From assembly GCA_963789955.1 (NCBI GenBank), contig CAWBMV010000011.1:17772-81771 (forward strand): DNA of 64,000 nt, read 5' to 3'. A model generated the notes under the pieces. That model was not told the origin of the DNA, did no database searches, and worked only from the letters and a program-made list of their open reading frames with translations. The position numbers and the translations under genes are program-made. Each line of letters opens with the position of its first letter. Within the stretch, counting starts at the first letter, position 1. The DNA is from an uncultured Candidatus Rokubacteria bacterium (GTDB lineage: Bacteria > Methylomirabilota > Methylomirabilia > Rokubacteriales > CSP1-6). Positions 42,373-51,574 of the stretch are shown here, one piece after another.

Positions 42373-43071
42373 ATGGCGACGTACGTGCTCGTTCACGGCG
42401 CGTATCAGGGGGGCTGGATCTGGAAGCCGGTCGTCGACCGCCTGCGCGCGGCCGGGCATCAAGTGTTCGCGCCCTCGCTCGACGGCTGCGCCGAACGCCA
42501 CCATCTCGTCCGCCCGGGCATCACCGTGGCCACCCACGCTCAGGAGATCGCGCAGCTCATGTTCTACGAGGATCTCGAGCGCGTCGTCCTCGTCGGGACG
42601 AGCTCGGGGGGCATGGTCATCTGCAAGGCGGCCGAGCTGGCGCGCGATCGTATCGCCCGGCTCGCGTTCGTGGACGCGTTGGCGTTGATGCCCGGCGAGC
42701 GAGTCGGCGACATCGTCAAGCGCGTGTCGGCCAACGAGACCACCGCGATCACGACGGGACCCACGCGGGCGGATGTGGAGACGCGACTCTTCGGCGACCT
42801 CGATCCCGACCTCCGCGCCTGGGCCCTGGCCCGGTACACGCCGCATCCGGTCGCTGCCCTCGAGGCGCCCGTCGAGCTCGGGAGCTTCTGGACCCAGGCC
42901 TGGCCCACGACCGTCATCCGCTGCCGCCGCGCGACCAACCCGCCCGAGACGCACCAGCGTCGCACCGCCGAGCGCTTGAAGGGCGCCTGGTACGAGCTCG
43001 ACACCGGCCACTATCCGATGCTGAGCCAGCCCGAGGAGCTGACGCGCCTGCTGCTGGCGCCGGTTTCTTGA
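42373..43071 (+). CDS. Alpha/beta hydrolase (esterase)
   Basis: VLVHGAYQGGW, GTSSGG nucleophile elbow, DTGHYPM. Confidence 0.85.
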   Translation: MATYVLVHGAYQGGWIWKPVVDRLRAAGHQVFAPSLDGCAERHHLVRPGITVATHAQEIAQLMFYEDLERVVLVGTSSGGMVICKAAELARDRIARLAFVDALALMPGERVGDIVKRVSANETTAITTGPTRADVETRLFGDLDPDLRAWALARYTPHPVAALEAPVELGSFWTQAWPTTVIRCRRATNPPETHQRRTAERLKGAWYELDTGHYPMLSQPEELTRLLLAPVS

Positions 43072-43116
43072 CAGGCACACGGCCACGTTGCACAGTGCGA
43101 CGCGAGGACTCGTGAC

Positions 43117-43809
43117 GTGAACGGCATCCACGACATGGGCGGCATGCACGGCTTCGGGCGCGTCGAGCGCGAGGAGAACGAGCCGGTCTTTCATGCGCGC
43201 TGGGAAGGGCGTGTGCTGGGGATCAGTCGCGCCTGCAGCGTGCAGCACATCTTCAACATCGACGAGAGCCGTCACGCCATCGAGCGGATGGCGCCGGTCG
43301 ACTACCTGGGCTCGAGCTACTACGAGCGCTGGCTCGATCGCAACATCCGACTGCTCGTCGAGAAGGGCGTGATCACGCGAGAAGAGCTGGAGCGCCGTAT
43401 GGCTCAGCTGGCCGGCGGGACCGATCCGGCGACGCCGCACTCGGATCCCAAGCTGACCGCTCGCATGCTGCGCGTGACGAAGGATCGGACTCCGTATCGC
43501 CAGCCCGGGCCGCCGCCGCGCTTCGCGCTCGGCGATCGCGTCCTGACGCGCCACGACGCCCCGGTCGGCCACACGCGGCTGCCCCGCTACGCGCGCGGCA
43601 AGCCCGGCGTCATCGTGCGCGTCCACGGCACGTTCATCTTCCCGGACACCAACGCCCACGGGCAGGGCGAGCAGCCCCACGCGCTCTACAGCGTGCGCTT
43701 CGACGCCGCGCTGCTGTGGGGCGACTCGGCCGAGCCCCGAGCGCCCGTGCACATCGATCTCTGGGAGCGCTATCTCCTGCCAGACGCTCCCGCAAGGAGC
43801 ACGTCATGA
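43117..43809 (+). CDS. nthB: Nitrile hydratase subunit beta
   Basis: [43 protein letters not shown]. Confidence 0.95.
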   Translation: MNGIHDMGGMHGFGRVEREENEPVFHARWEGRVLGISRACSVQHIFNIDESRHAIERMAPVDYLGSSYYERWLDRNIRLLVEKGVITREELERRMAQLAGGTDPATPHSDPKLTARMLRVTKDRTPYRQPGPPPRFALGDRVLTRHDAPVGHTRLPRYARGKPGVIVRVHGTFIFPDTNAHGQGEQPHALYSVRFDAALLWGDSAEPRAPVHIDLWERYLLPDAPARSTS

Positions 43810-44429
43810 GCGGTGACCACGACGAACACGGACACCATCACCGCGAGCCGGAGTCGGTCCTCTCGCTCCGCGTCCGCGCGCTCGAATCGCTGCTGGTCGA
43901 GAAAAAGCTCGTGTCGAGCGAAGCGGTCGACCGCATCGTCAGCGCCTACGAGCAGGACATCGGACCGCACAACGGCGCCAAGGTCGTCGCGCGCGCCTGG
44001 GTCGATCCCGCGTACCGCGCCCGCCTGCTCGCCGACGGCACCGCGGCGATCGAGGAGCTGGGCTTCGGCGGCGTCGACCTCCAGGTGGTCGAGAACACGC
44101 CCGGCGTCCACAACATGGTGGTCTGCACGCTCTGCTCGTGCTATCCGCACGCGCTGATCGGCCTGCCGCCCGTCTGGTACAAGTCCTTCGAGTACCGCTC
44201 GCGCGCGGTGCGCGAGCCGCGCGTGGTCCTGCGCGAATTCGGCGTCGACCTGCCCGAGAGCACCGAGATTCGAATCTGGGACTCGAGCGCCGAGCTTCGC
44301 TACCTCGTGCTCCCGGAGCGCCCGGCCGGAACCGAGCGGCTGAACGAGGCCGACCTGGCCAAGCTGGTCACGCGTGACGCGATGATCGGCGTGGCCGTGG
44401 TCAAGCCTCCGGCCGGCGCGTCGCACTGA
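43806..44429 (+). CDS. nthA: Nitrile hydratase subunit alpha (Co-type)
   Basis: VCTLCSCY metal-binding motif (Thr/Tyr = Co-type), [25 protein letters not shown]. Confidence 0.95.
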   Translation: MSGDHDEHGHHHREPESVLSLRVRALESLLVEKKLVSSEAVDRIVSAYEQDIGPHNGAKVVARAWVDPAYRARLLADGTAAIEELGFGGVDLQVVENTPGVHNMVVCTLCSCYPHALIGLPPVWYKSFEYRSRAVREPRVVLREFGVDLPESTEIRIWDSSAELRYLVLPERPAGTERLNEADLAKLVTRDAMIGVAVVKPPAGASH

Positions 44430-44443
44430 GCGGGAGGACGACG

Positions 44444-44782
44444 ATGGATCCGCTTCCGAGCCGCGAGATCGCCGACATGAGCGGCGCGGCCGCGCTGCCG
44501 AGAAAGAACGGCGAGCTGGTCTTCAACGAGGCGTGGCAGGGCCGCATCTTCGGAATGACCGTCGCGATGAGCCACGAGGCGTGCTTCGCGTGGCGCGAGT
44601 TTCAGGCGCATCTCATCGAGGAGATCGCGCACGCCGAGCGTGAAGGCGAATCCACGAGCTACTACGAGCGCTGGCTGCAGGCGTTCGAGCAGCTCCTCAC
44701 CGACAAAGGACTGATCGACGCCGACACGCTCGCCGAGCGCACGCGTGATTTCCAGAGCGGTCGTCGCGACGACGTGTTCTAG
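44444..44782 (+). CDS. Nitrile hydratase accessory/activator protein
   Basis: LPRKNGELVFNEAWQGRIFGM, YYERWL; beta-N-terminal-like; follows nthA. Confidence 0.88.
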   Translation: MDPLPSREIADMSGAAALPRKNGELVFNEAWQGRIFGMTVAMSHEACFAWREFQAHLIEEIAHAEREGESTSYYERWLQAFEQLLTDKGLIDADTLAERTRDFQSGRRDDVF

Positions 44783-44825
44783 TTTTTCGTTCCGGCGTTC
44801 GAGATTTCGAACAGGAGAACGTGCC

Positions 44826-45770
44826 ATGGCCCTCGATCCCCAAGCCCAGGACGTGATCAACCTCGTCATCAAGTCGGGACGCCCCGCCTACAACACGCTG
44901 TCGCCCAAGGACGCCCGACAGCTGTTCCGCGAGACGCGCCCCGGCGCGACCCCGACGCCGGCGGAGATCGGCGACGGTGCGAGACCTCACCGCCGAGGGC
45001 CCGGGCGGACCGATCCCGCTGCGGGTGTACCGGCCCGCCGGTGTGCCGTCCGGCACGGCGCTCCCGGTGCTCGTCTTCTACCACGGCGGCGGCTGGGTGA
45101 TCGGCGACCTCGACACGCACGACGTGCAGTGCCGGCAGATCACCGCCGAGGCGGGCATCACGGTCGTCGCCGTCGACTATCGCCTGGCGCCCGAGCACAA
45201 GTTCCCGGCCGCGGTCGACGACGCGTGGGCCGCCACGCGCTGGGTCGTCGCGCACGCCGAGCGAGCTCGGCGTCGACGCCCGGCGGCATGGCCGTCGCCG
45301 GGGACAGCGCGGGCGGCAATCTCGCGGCGGTCGTCGCGCTCATGGCGCGCGACGCCGGCGGGCCGGCCATCGCGCTGCAGGTGCTCATCTATCCCGTGAC
45401 GGACGTCGGCGCCGAATCGAAGTCGTATCGCGACTTCGCCGAGGGCTACATGCTCACCCGCGACGGGATGCGGTGGTTCACCAACCACTATCTGAAGTCG
45501 CCGAGCGAAGCGCAGGACTGGCGCGTCTCGCCGCTGCGCGCGGCGTCCCTCGCCGGACTTCCGCCGGCGCTCGTCATCACCGCCGGGTTCGATCCACTTC
45601 GCGACGAGGGTGCGGCCTACGCGGGGCGGCTCACGGACGCGGGCGTGCAAGTCGACTACATCAACTACGGCGGGATGATTCACGGCTTCATGCCGATGGG
45701 GAAGCTGATCGCGACCGGCAACCGCGCCACATCGCACGTCGCGGCGTCCCTGCGCCAGGCGCTGCGCTGA
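44826..45770 (+). CDS. Alpha/beta hydrolase, HSL/Aes-type esterase; two compensating frameshifts
   Basis: HGGGW, VDYRLAPEHKFP, GDSAGG, DPLRDEG, HGF. Confidence 0.85.
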   Translation: MALDPQAQDVINLVIKSGRPAYNTLSPKDARQLFRETRPGATPTPAEIGDGARPHRRGPGRTDPAAGVPARRCAVRHGAPGARLLPRRRLGDRRPRHARRAVPADHRRGGHHGRRRRLSPGARAQVPGRGRRRVGRHALGRRARRASSASTPGGMAVAGDSAGGNLAAVVALMARDAGGPAIALQVLIYPVTDVGAESKSYRDFAEGYMLTRDGMRWFTNHYLKSPSEAQDWRVSPLRAASLAGLPPALVITAGFDPLRDEGAAYAGRLTDAGVQVDYINYGGMIHGFMPMGKLIATGNRATSHVAASLRQALR

Positions 45771-45792
45771 AGCGCCGAGGAGCCCCGCCATC

Positions 45793-46641
45793 ATGAACAT
45801 CGGCATCTCGGTTCCGTTGCCCGCGTATCACGTCGACGTCGGCTTCATGGCCAGAAAGGCCGAGGAGCTCGGCTTCGAATCGTTCTGGTGCGCCGAGCAC
45901 CCGTTCATTCCGGTCAGCTCGGCGAGCCGCTTCCCGGGCTCGGCCGACGGCGTCATCCCCGAGAGCTACTCGCACTTCGTCGATCCGTTCGTGGCCCTCG
46001 CCCGCGCCTCGGGAACGACGAAGTCGATCAAGCTCGGAACCGGCATCGTGCTGGTTCCCGAGCGCAACCCGCTGCTGCTGGCCAAGGAGATCTCGACGCT
46101 CGATCTCTTCAGCGGCGGCCGATTCCTGTTCGGCATCGGCGCCGGATGGCTCCGCGAAGAGACCCAGATCATGGGCGGCGATTTCGATCATCGCTGGACG
46201 CAGACGCGCGAGTCGATCCTGGCCATGAAAGAGCTGTGGACGAAGCCCGCCGCCGAGTTCCACGGCAAGTACTACGATTTCCCGCCGGTGAAGTCGTTCC
46301 CGAAGCCGCTGCAGAAGCCGCATCCGCCCGTGCTGCTCGGGGGCGGGGCGAAGAACGTGCTGCAGCGGGTCGTGGCGTGGGGTGACGGCTGGCTGCCGAA
46401 TCGCATCACGCCCGACGAGCTCCGGGCGAGCCGCGCGACGCTCGACGCGATGGCCAAGGACGCGGGCCGCGATCCGTCGAAGATCACGATCTCGGTGCAC
46501 GGACAGCCGGCCGACCGCGATCTGATCCGGCGACTGCTCGATGCCGGCGCGACGCGGGTGATCGTCCGGCCGCCGGTCGTCAAGACCGAGCCCGAGATGG
46601 GCACGGAGCTCTCGCGAATCGCCGACGCGGTGTTGCGGTAG
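45793..46641 (+). CDS. LLM class (probably F420-dependent) oxidoreductase
   Basis: AEELGFESFWCAEH, TLDLFSGGRFLFGIGAGW, PKPLQKPHPP. Confidence 0.88.
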   Translation: MNIGISVPLPAYHVDVGFMARKAEELGFESFWCAEHPFIPVSSASRFPGSADGVIPESYSHFVDPFVALARASGTTKSIKLGTGIVLVPERNPLLLAKEISTLDLFSGGRFLFGIGAGWLREETQIMGGDFDHRWTQTRESILAMKELWTKPAAEFHGKYYDFPPVKSFPKPLQKPHPPVLLGGGAKNVLQRVVAWGDGWLPNRITPDELRASRATLDAMAKDAGRDPSKITISVHGQPADRDLIRRLLDAGATRVIVRPPVVKTEPEMGTELSRIADAVLR

Positions 46642-46667
46642 TCGGACGCGGTCGACGCGCGCGCGCG

Positions 46668-48113
46668 CTAGTCGGGTAGCGTGAGCCGGACGATCTCGTC
46701 GACCGACGGCGCCTTGTCGAGGCCCGCGACGGCGCCCACGAAGCTCTCGTAGCGCGGCGCCGAGATCGGCAACCCGGGCACGAAGCGCCGAAGCTCGGCG
46801 GCGTCCTTCGCGAAATCCCACATCAGCTCGCGGCCGTGGTATTCGCCGACCACGCGCCGACCGCCCCGCAGTGTGACCGTCAGCCGCGGCGCGAAGCACT
46901 CGCGGCCGACCGCCCCGACGATCTCCACCTTGCGCTGGAGCGCCGCGACACGGGCGGCGAGCTCGGCGCCGGCGGAGGCGCCGGCGTCACGCGGATCTTC
47001 GACGTTCGCCTCGAGCACCGGATAGTCACCGGTGATCACCGTGTACGCCAGCATGTACGCCGTGCGGCCGAAGCCGCTGCCGTCCGGAGCGGGCGGGCGC
47101 GGAAATCTCGGCGAGGGATAGAGCGTCTCGAGATAGTTCATCTCGAGCGTGAGGTGCTCGATCTCGTCGGCCGCGAGCTTGTGCCGCGCCGTCATCTCGC
47201 TCGCCAGCCAGACCACCGGTTGATTGAAGCCGGGGGTCGGGTAGATCTTGAACTTGACGTCCAGGACCTCCCAGCGCCGACCGAGATCCGCGACGATCTC
47301 GCCGAGATCGGCCTTGGGCGGTCCCGTGAACGTGTACGCCAGATCGCCCTTGCTGCTGCCGGTAAACGCGTTGTAGAAGCCGCCTTCACCCTCGAGCGCC
47401 GTCGCCGCGCCCTGAAATCCCTGCGCGGCGAGGCTCGCCGCCCACATCCCGCTCCGGGCCGCCTGCGCCTCCGCGAAGTCCGCGTCGCGCGCGCCGGTGC
47501 GCTGGCCCTCGATCAGGCTCCCCGCGAAGCTCGCCGCCAGCGCGATCGCGTTGCCGACGCCGCGCGCGTCGAGCCCGAGCAGCTTCGCCGTCGTCGCGGC
47601 GCAGCCGAGGATGCCGTAGACCGGGCTCGCGCGAAAGCCGTGCGCCGGCGTCGACGGGATGAAATCGCGCGCGCATCGGCATTGCACCTCGTAGCCGGCG
47701 GCCAGCGCGGTCAACAGCTCGCGCCCCGATTTTCCTTCGCCCTCGGCCGTCGCGAGGCCCGCCGGCACGATGAGGACGCCCGGGTGCGTGAGCATGTGGT
47801 ACGAGTCGCACTGGTTGTTCACCGCCACCGCCACGCCGTTGGCGAAGGCCACGCCCGGGCGCGTCGCGCGCGCGCCGTCGAGCCACAAGGTCGCGCCCTG
47901 ACCGGCGCCGATGCGCCGAGCTCCGAGACGCTCGTGCTCGAGCACCGCGCGGCGCGCGGCGACCGAGCGCTCGTGCGCCGAGCCGACCAGCCCGACGGTG
48001 ACCGCGTGATTCACGAACGCCTTCGCCTTGTCGACGACGGCGGCCGGAAGCTCCTCGAAGCGGAGCCCCGCGGCGAATTCTCCGAGACGGACGGCCAGCG
48101 GCGTCTTTTCCAT
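46668..48113 (-). CDS. MmgE/PrpD family protein
   Basis: HPG, ELLTALAAGYEV, LEGEGGFY, KIYP. Confidence 0.82.
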   Translation of the reverse strand: MEKTPLAVRLGEFAAGLRFEELPAAVVDKAKAFVNHAVTVGLVGSAHERSVAARRAVLEHERLGARRIGAGQGATLWLDGARATRPGVAFANGVAVAVNNQCDSYHMLTHPGVLIVPAGLATAEGEGKSGRELLTALAAGYEVQCRCARDFIPSTPAHGFRASPVYGILGCAATTAKLLGLDARGVGNAIALAASFAGSLIEGQRTGARDADFAEAQAARSGMWAASLAAQGFQGAATALEGEGGFYNAFTGSSKGDLAYTFTGPPKADLGEIVADLGRRWEVLDVKFKIYPTPGFNQPVVWLASEMTARHKLAADEIEHLTLEMNYLETLYPSPRFPRPPAPDGSGFGRTAYMLAYTVITGDYPVLEANVEDPRDAGASAGAELAARVAALQRKVEIVGAVGRECFAPRLTVTLRGGRRVVGEYHGRELMWDFAKDAAELRRFVPGLPISAPRYESFVGAVAGLDKAPSVDEIVRLTLPD

Positions 48114-48196
48114 AGGTCGATCGGCGCGCGCCGCGGCCGGCGGGCTCGCCCGCGACGGCCTGCGGCGCGCACTGCGGCTGGAGCATAATACGGCGC

Positions 48197-48991
48197 ATGC
48201 GACCCCGTGAGGAGACGATCTTGGTCGGCGGCATCGGCGTGCACATCTGGGTCGGCGGACAGGGCGATCCGCTGCTGGTCCTCCACGGCGCCGGCGGCAA
48301 TCGCGGCTGGACGCGCTGGCTCGATCAGGTCTCGGAGCGCTTCACCGTGTGGGCGCCCTCGCATCCCGGCTTCGGGCGTTCCGGCGATGCCGACTGGATG
48401 GAGGGCATCGACGACCTCGCCCGGTTCTATCTCTGGTTCATCGAGGCGGCCAAGCTCGGACGACCACACCTGCTGGGCCACTCGATCGGCGGCTGGACCG
48501 CGACGGAGATGGCCACGATGAGCGCGGGCGCGATCGACCGGCTCGTCCTGGTCGCGCCGGCCGGCCTCAAGCCCGAGACCGGCGAGATCCTCGACGTCTT
48601 CTTCTATTCTCCGGCGCAGCTCCTCACCATGACGGTGCACGACACGAAGACCGTCCCGGAGTGGCACGAGCTCTACGGGCGGCCGCCCACGCCCGAGGAG
48701 CTCGAGATCGCGACGCGCAACCGGGAGATGGCCGCGCGCCTGACCTGGAAACCGTACATGCACAATCCTCGGCTGCCGCACTTCCTGCCGCGCGTGACGA
48801 ACCCGGCGCTGATCGTCTGGGGCCGCGAGGACCGCGTCGTGCCGGTCGAGTGCGGCGAGCAGTACCGCCGTGGTCTGCCGAATTCGAAGCTCACCGTGCT
48901 CGAGCGATGCGGTCACCTGCCGCCGATCGAGCAGCCGGAGGTCTTCGCGCGCCTGGTGCTCGACTTCCTCGGAGGAGAATCGCGGCGATGA
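48197..48991 (+). CDS. Alpha/beta hydrolase
   Basis: LHGAGG, HPGFGRS, GHSIGG, WGREDRVVP, CGHLP. Confidence 0.88.
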   Translation: MRPREETILVGGIGVHIWVGGQGDPLLVLHGAGGNRGWTRWLDQVSERFTVWAPSHPGFGRSGDADWMEGIDDLARFYLWFIEAAKLGRPHLLGHSIGGWTATEMATMSAGAIDRLVLVAPAGLKPETGEILDVFFYSPAQLLTMTVHDTKTVPEWHELYGRPPTPEELEIATRNREMAARLTWKPYMHNPRLPHFLPRVTNPALIVWGREDRVVPVECGEQYRRGLPNSKLTVLERCGHLPPIEQPEVFARLVLDFLGGESRR

Positions 48992-50118
48992 AGCTCTACT
49001 ACTTCAGCGAGATGCCGCATCACGAGTTTCCCGACGAGGAAGGCGACAAGTACCCCTCGCTCCGGCTCGAGTTCCCGAATCGATTCTTCGACCGCGAGAA
49101 GGCGGCGGCCAACTATCAACGCTATCTCACCGAGTACGAGTTCGCCGACCAGGCGGGCTTCGCGGGGCTCATGATCAACGAGCACCATTCGACGCCGTCG
49201 TGCGTGAACGTCGGCGTGAACATGACCGCCGCGGTGCTCGCACGCACGACGCGACGAGCGAAGATCCTCCTCCTCGGGAACATCTTGCCGATCGAGGACA
49301 ACCCCGTCCGGATGGCCGAGCAGCTCGCGATGGCGGATCTCATCTCGGGCGGGCGGGTGCTCTCCGGCTTCGTGCGTGGCGTGGGCGTGGAAACCTGGTG
49401 GTCCAACTCGAACCCCATCCACAATCGCGAGCGCTTCGAGGAGTGCCACGACCTGATCTTGAAATGCTGGACCGACCCCGGCCCCTTCCGCTGGGAAGGA
49501 CGTCACTACCACTTCCGCCACGTGAACCCGTGGTGCCTGCCGCTGCAGAAGCCGCATCCGCCCATCTGGATCCCCGGCACCGCGAGCCCCGAGACCGCGG
49601 TCTGGGCGGGCCGCCGCGGCTATACCTACGTGCCGTTCCTGGTGCCGTTCGAGATCGCGCGCGAGCTCTTCGACTTCTATCGGCAGGGAGCCGCCGAGGT
49701 GGGCCGCACCGTGACGCCCGATAACCTCGGCTTTCTCATCTGCGCCGTCACCGCCGAGACGAAGGCGAAGGCGGTCGAAGCCGGCCGGCATTTCGTCTGG
49801 CGGATGGGCCCGACCCTGCGCGCGCCGGTGGACTGGTTCGCGCCGGTCGGCATGCGGTCACGCGCGGGATCGCAGTTCGCGCTGCGCGCGCGGCCGCGGT
49901 CGCTGTCGTCGATGAGCTACGAGGAGTTGCTGGACGAGCAGTTCATCGTCGCCGGCACGCCCGACGAGGTGATCGACCGCTTCGCCCGCGTGCAGCGCGA
50001 GCTCGGAGTCGGCCATCTGCTGCTGGAAGCCCAGGAGTCGCGCATGGACCATCCGACCACGATGCGCTCGATCGAACTCATGGGCGCCAAGGTCGTTCCC
50101 GCGGTGGCGGCGCTCTAG
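48988..50118 (+). CDS. LLM class flavin-dependent oxidoreductase
   Basis: NEHH, ISGGRVLSGFVRG, PLQKPHPPIW, IVAGTPD; ATGA overlap. Confidence 0.88.
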   Translation: MKLYYFSEMPHHEFPDEEGDKYPSLRLEFPNRFFDREKAAANYQRYLTEYEFADQAGFAGLMINEHHSTPSCVNVGVNMTAAVLARTTRRAKILLLGNILPIEDNPVRMAEQLAMADLISGGRVLSGFVRGVGVETWWSNSNPIHNRERFEECHDLILKCWTDPGPFRWEGRHYHFRHVNPWCLPLQKPHPPIWIPGTASPETAVWAGRRGYTYVPFLVPFEIARELFDFYRQGAAEVGRTVTPDNLGFLICAVTAETKAKAVEAGRHFVWRMGPTLRAPVDWFAPVGMRSRAGSQFALRARPRSLSSMSYEELLDEQFIVAGTPDEVIDRFARVQRELGVGHLLLEAQESRMDHPTTMRSIELMGAKVVPAVAAL

Positions 50119-50121
50119 CGC

Positions 50122-50853
<732 letters not shown>

Positions 50854-50864
50854 TCAATTCAAAA

Positions 50865-50941
50865 TGGTGCGCCCTAGAGGATTCGAACCTCTGGCCTTCG
50901 GATTCGTAGTCCGACGCTCTGTCCACCTGAGCTAAGGGCGC
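50865..50941 (-). tRNA. tRNA-Arg(ACG)
   Basis: Anticodon arm TCGGA-CTACGAA-TCCGA; GGTTCGAATCC; CCA; 77 nt. Confidence 0.96.
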
Positions 50942-51103
50942 AACGGGCAGTACGATACACTACGCTGCGCCGCGGTGCGAGCGCGCTCGTTCCGGGCTCT
51001 CCCGAGAGCCGGTGGGTGCGATCGCATCTTGACATCGCGCTCATTCGCCACGATCATCCCCCGCGACCGATCCTGTCCGACCAGACCCATTAGGAGGAGA
51101 GAG

Positions 51104-51352
51104 ATGAAGAGCTTCGTCACCGCCCTCGTCCTGGTCGCGTTGGCCGCAGGTTCTGCGCTCGCCAACCAGTGCCCGTTGCTGCAGGCTCAGATCGACCGGG
51201 CCATCGGGAACCGCTTCGACGCAAGCGCTGCCAATGCCCGATCGCTCGCGGCACAGGCCATGGCTTTGCACAACGCAGGCAAGCACGATGAGTCCGTCGC
51301 GAAGTACGACGAAGCCGCGAAGGCGGCCGGGATCACGCTTCAGAAGAAGTAG
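51104..51352 (+). CDS. Small secreted hypothetical protein
   Basis: AGGAGGAG RBS; signal peptide MKSFVTALVLVALAAGSALA-NQCP. Confidence 0.72.
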   Translation: MKSFVTALVLVALAAGSALANQCPLLQAQIDRAIGNRFDASAANARSLAAQAMALHNAGKHDESVAKYDEAAKAAGITLQKK

Positions 51353-51383
51353 CCGCAGCGGCCGCGCGCGGGGTTGACGCGGA

Positions 51384-51419
51384 CACGGGCGCCGAGGTGA
51401 CTCGGCGCCCGTGCTGTTT
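51384..51419. terminator. Hairpin, probable bidirectional terminator
   Basis: CACGGGCGCCGAG-GTGA-CTCGGCGCCCGTG, perfect 13-bp stem between convergent genes. Confidence 0.65.
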
Positions 51420-51438
51420 CCGGTCCGCGGAGGTATTT

Positions 51439-51532
51439 TGGCGGAGAGGCCGGGATTCGAACCCGGGACAGAGCTTTTAACCCTGTAACCGCTTAGCAGG
51501 CGGCTGCCTTCGGCCGACTCGGCCACCTCTCC
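51439..51532 (-). tRNA. tRNA-Ser(GCT)
   Basis: Anticodon loop CTGCTAA, long variable arm, GGTTCGAATCC, CCA. Confidence 0.95.
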
Positions 51533-51574
51533 AAGGGTCAAGCGCGCCTAGTATACACTTCGCCCGGAGCACTG

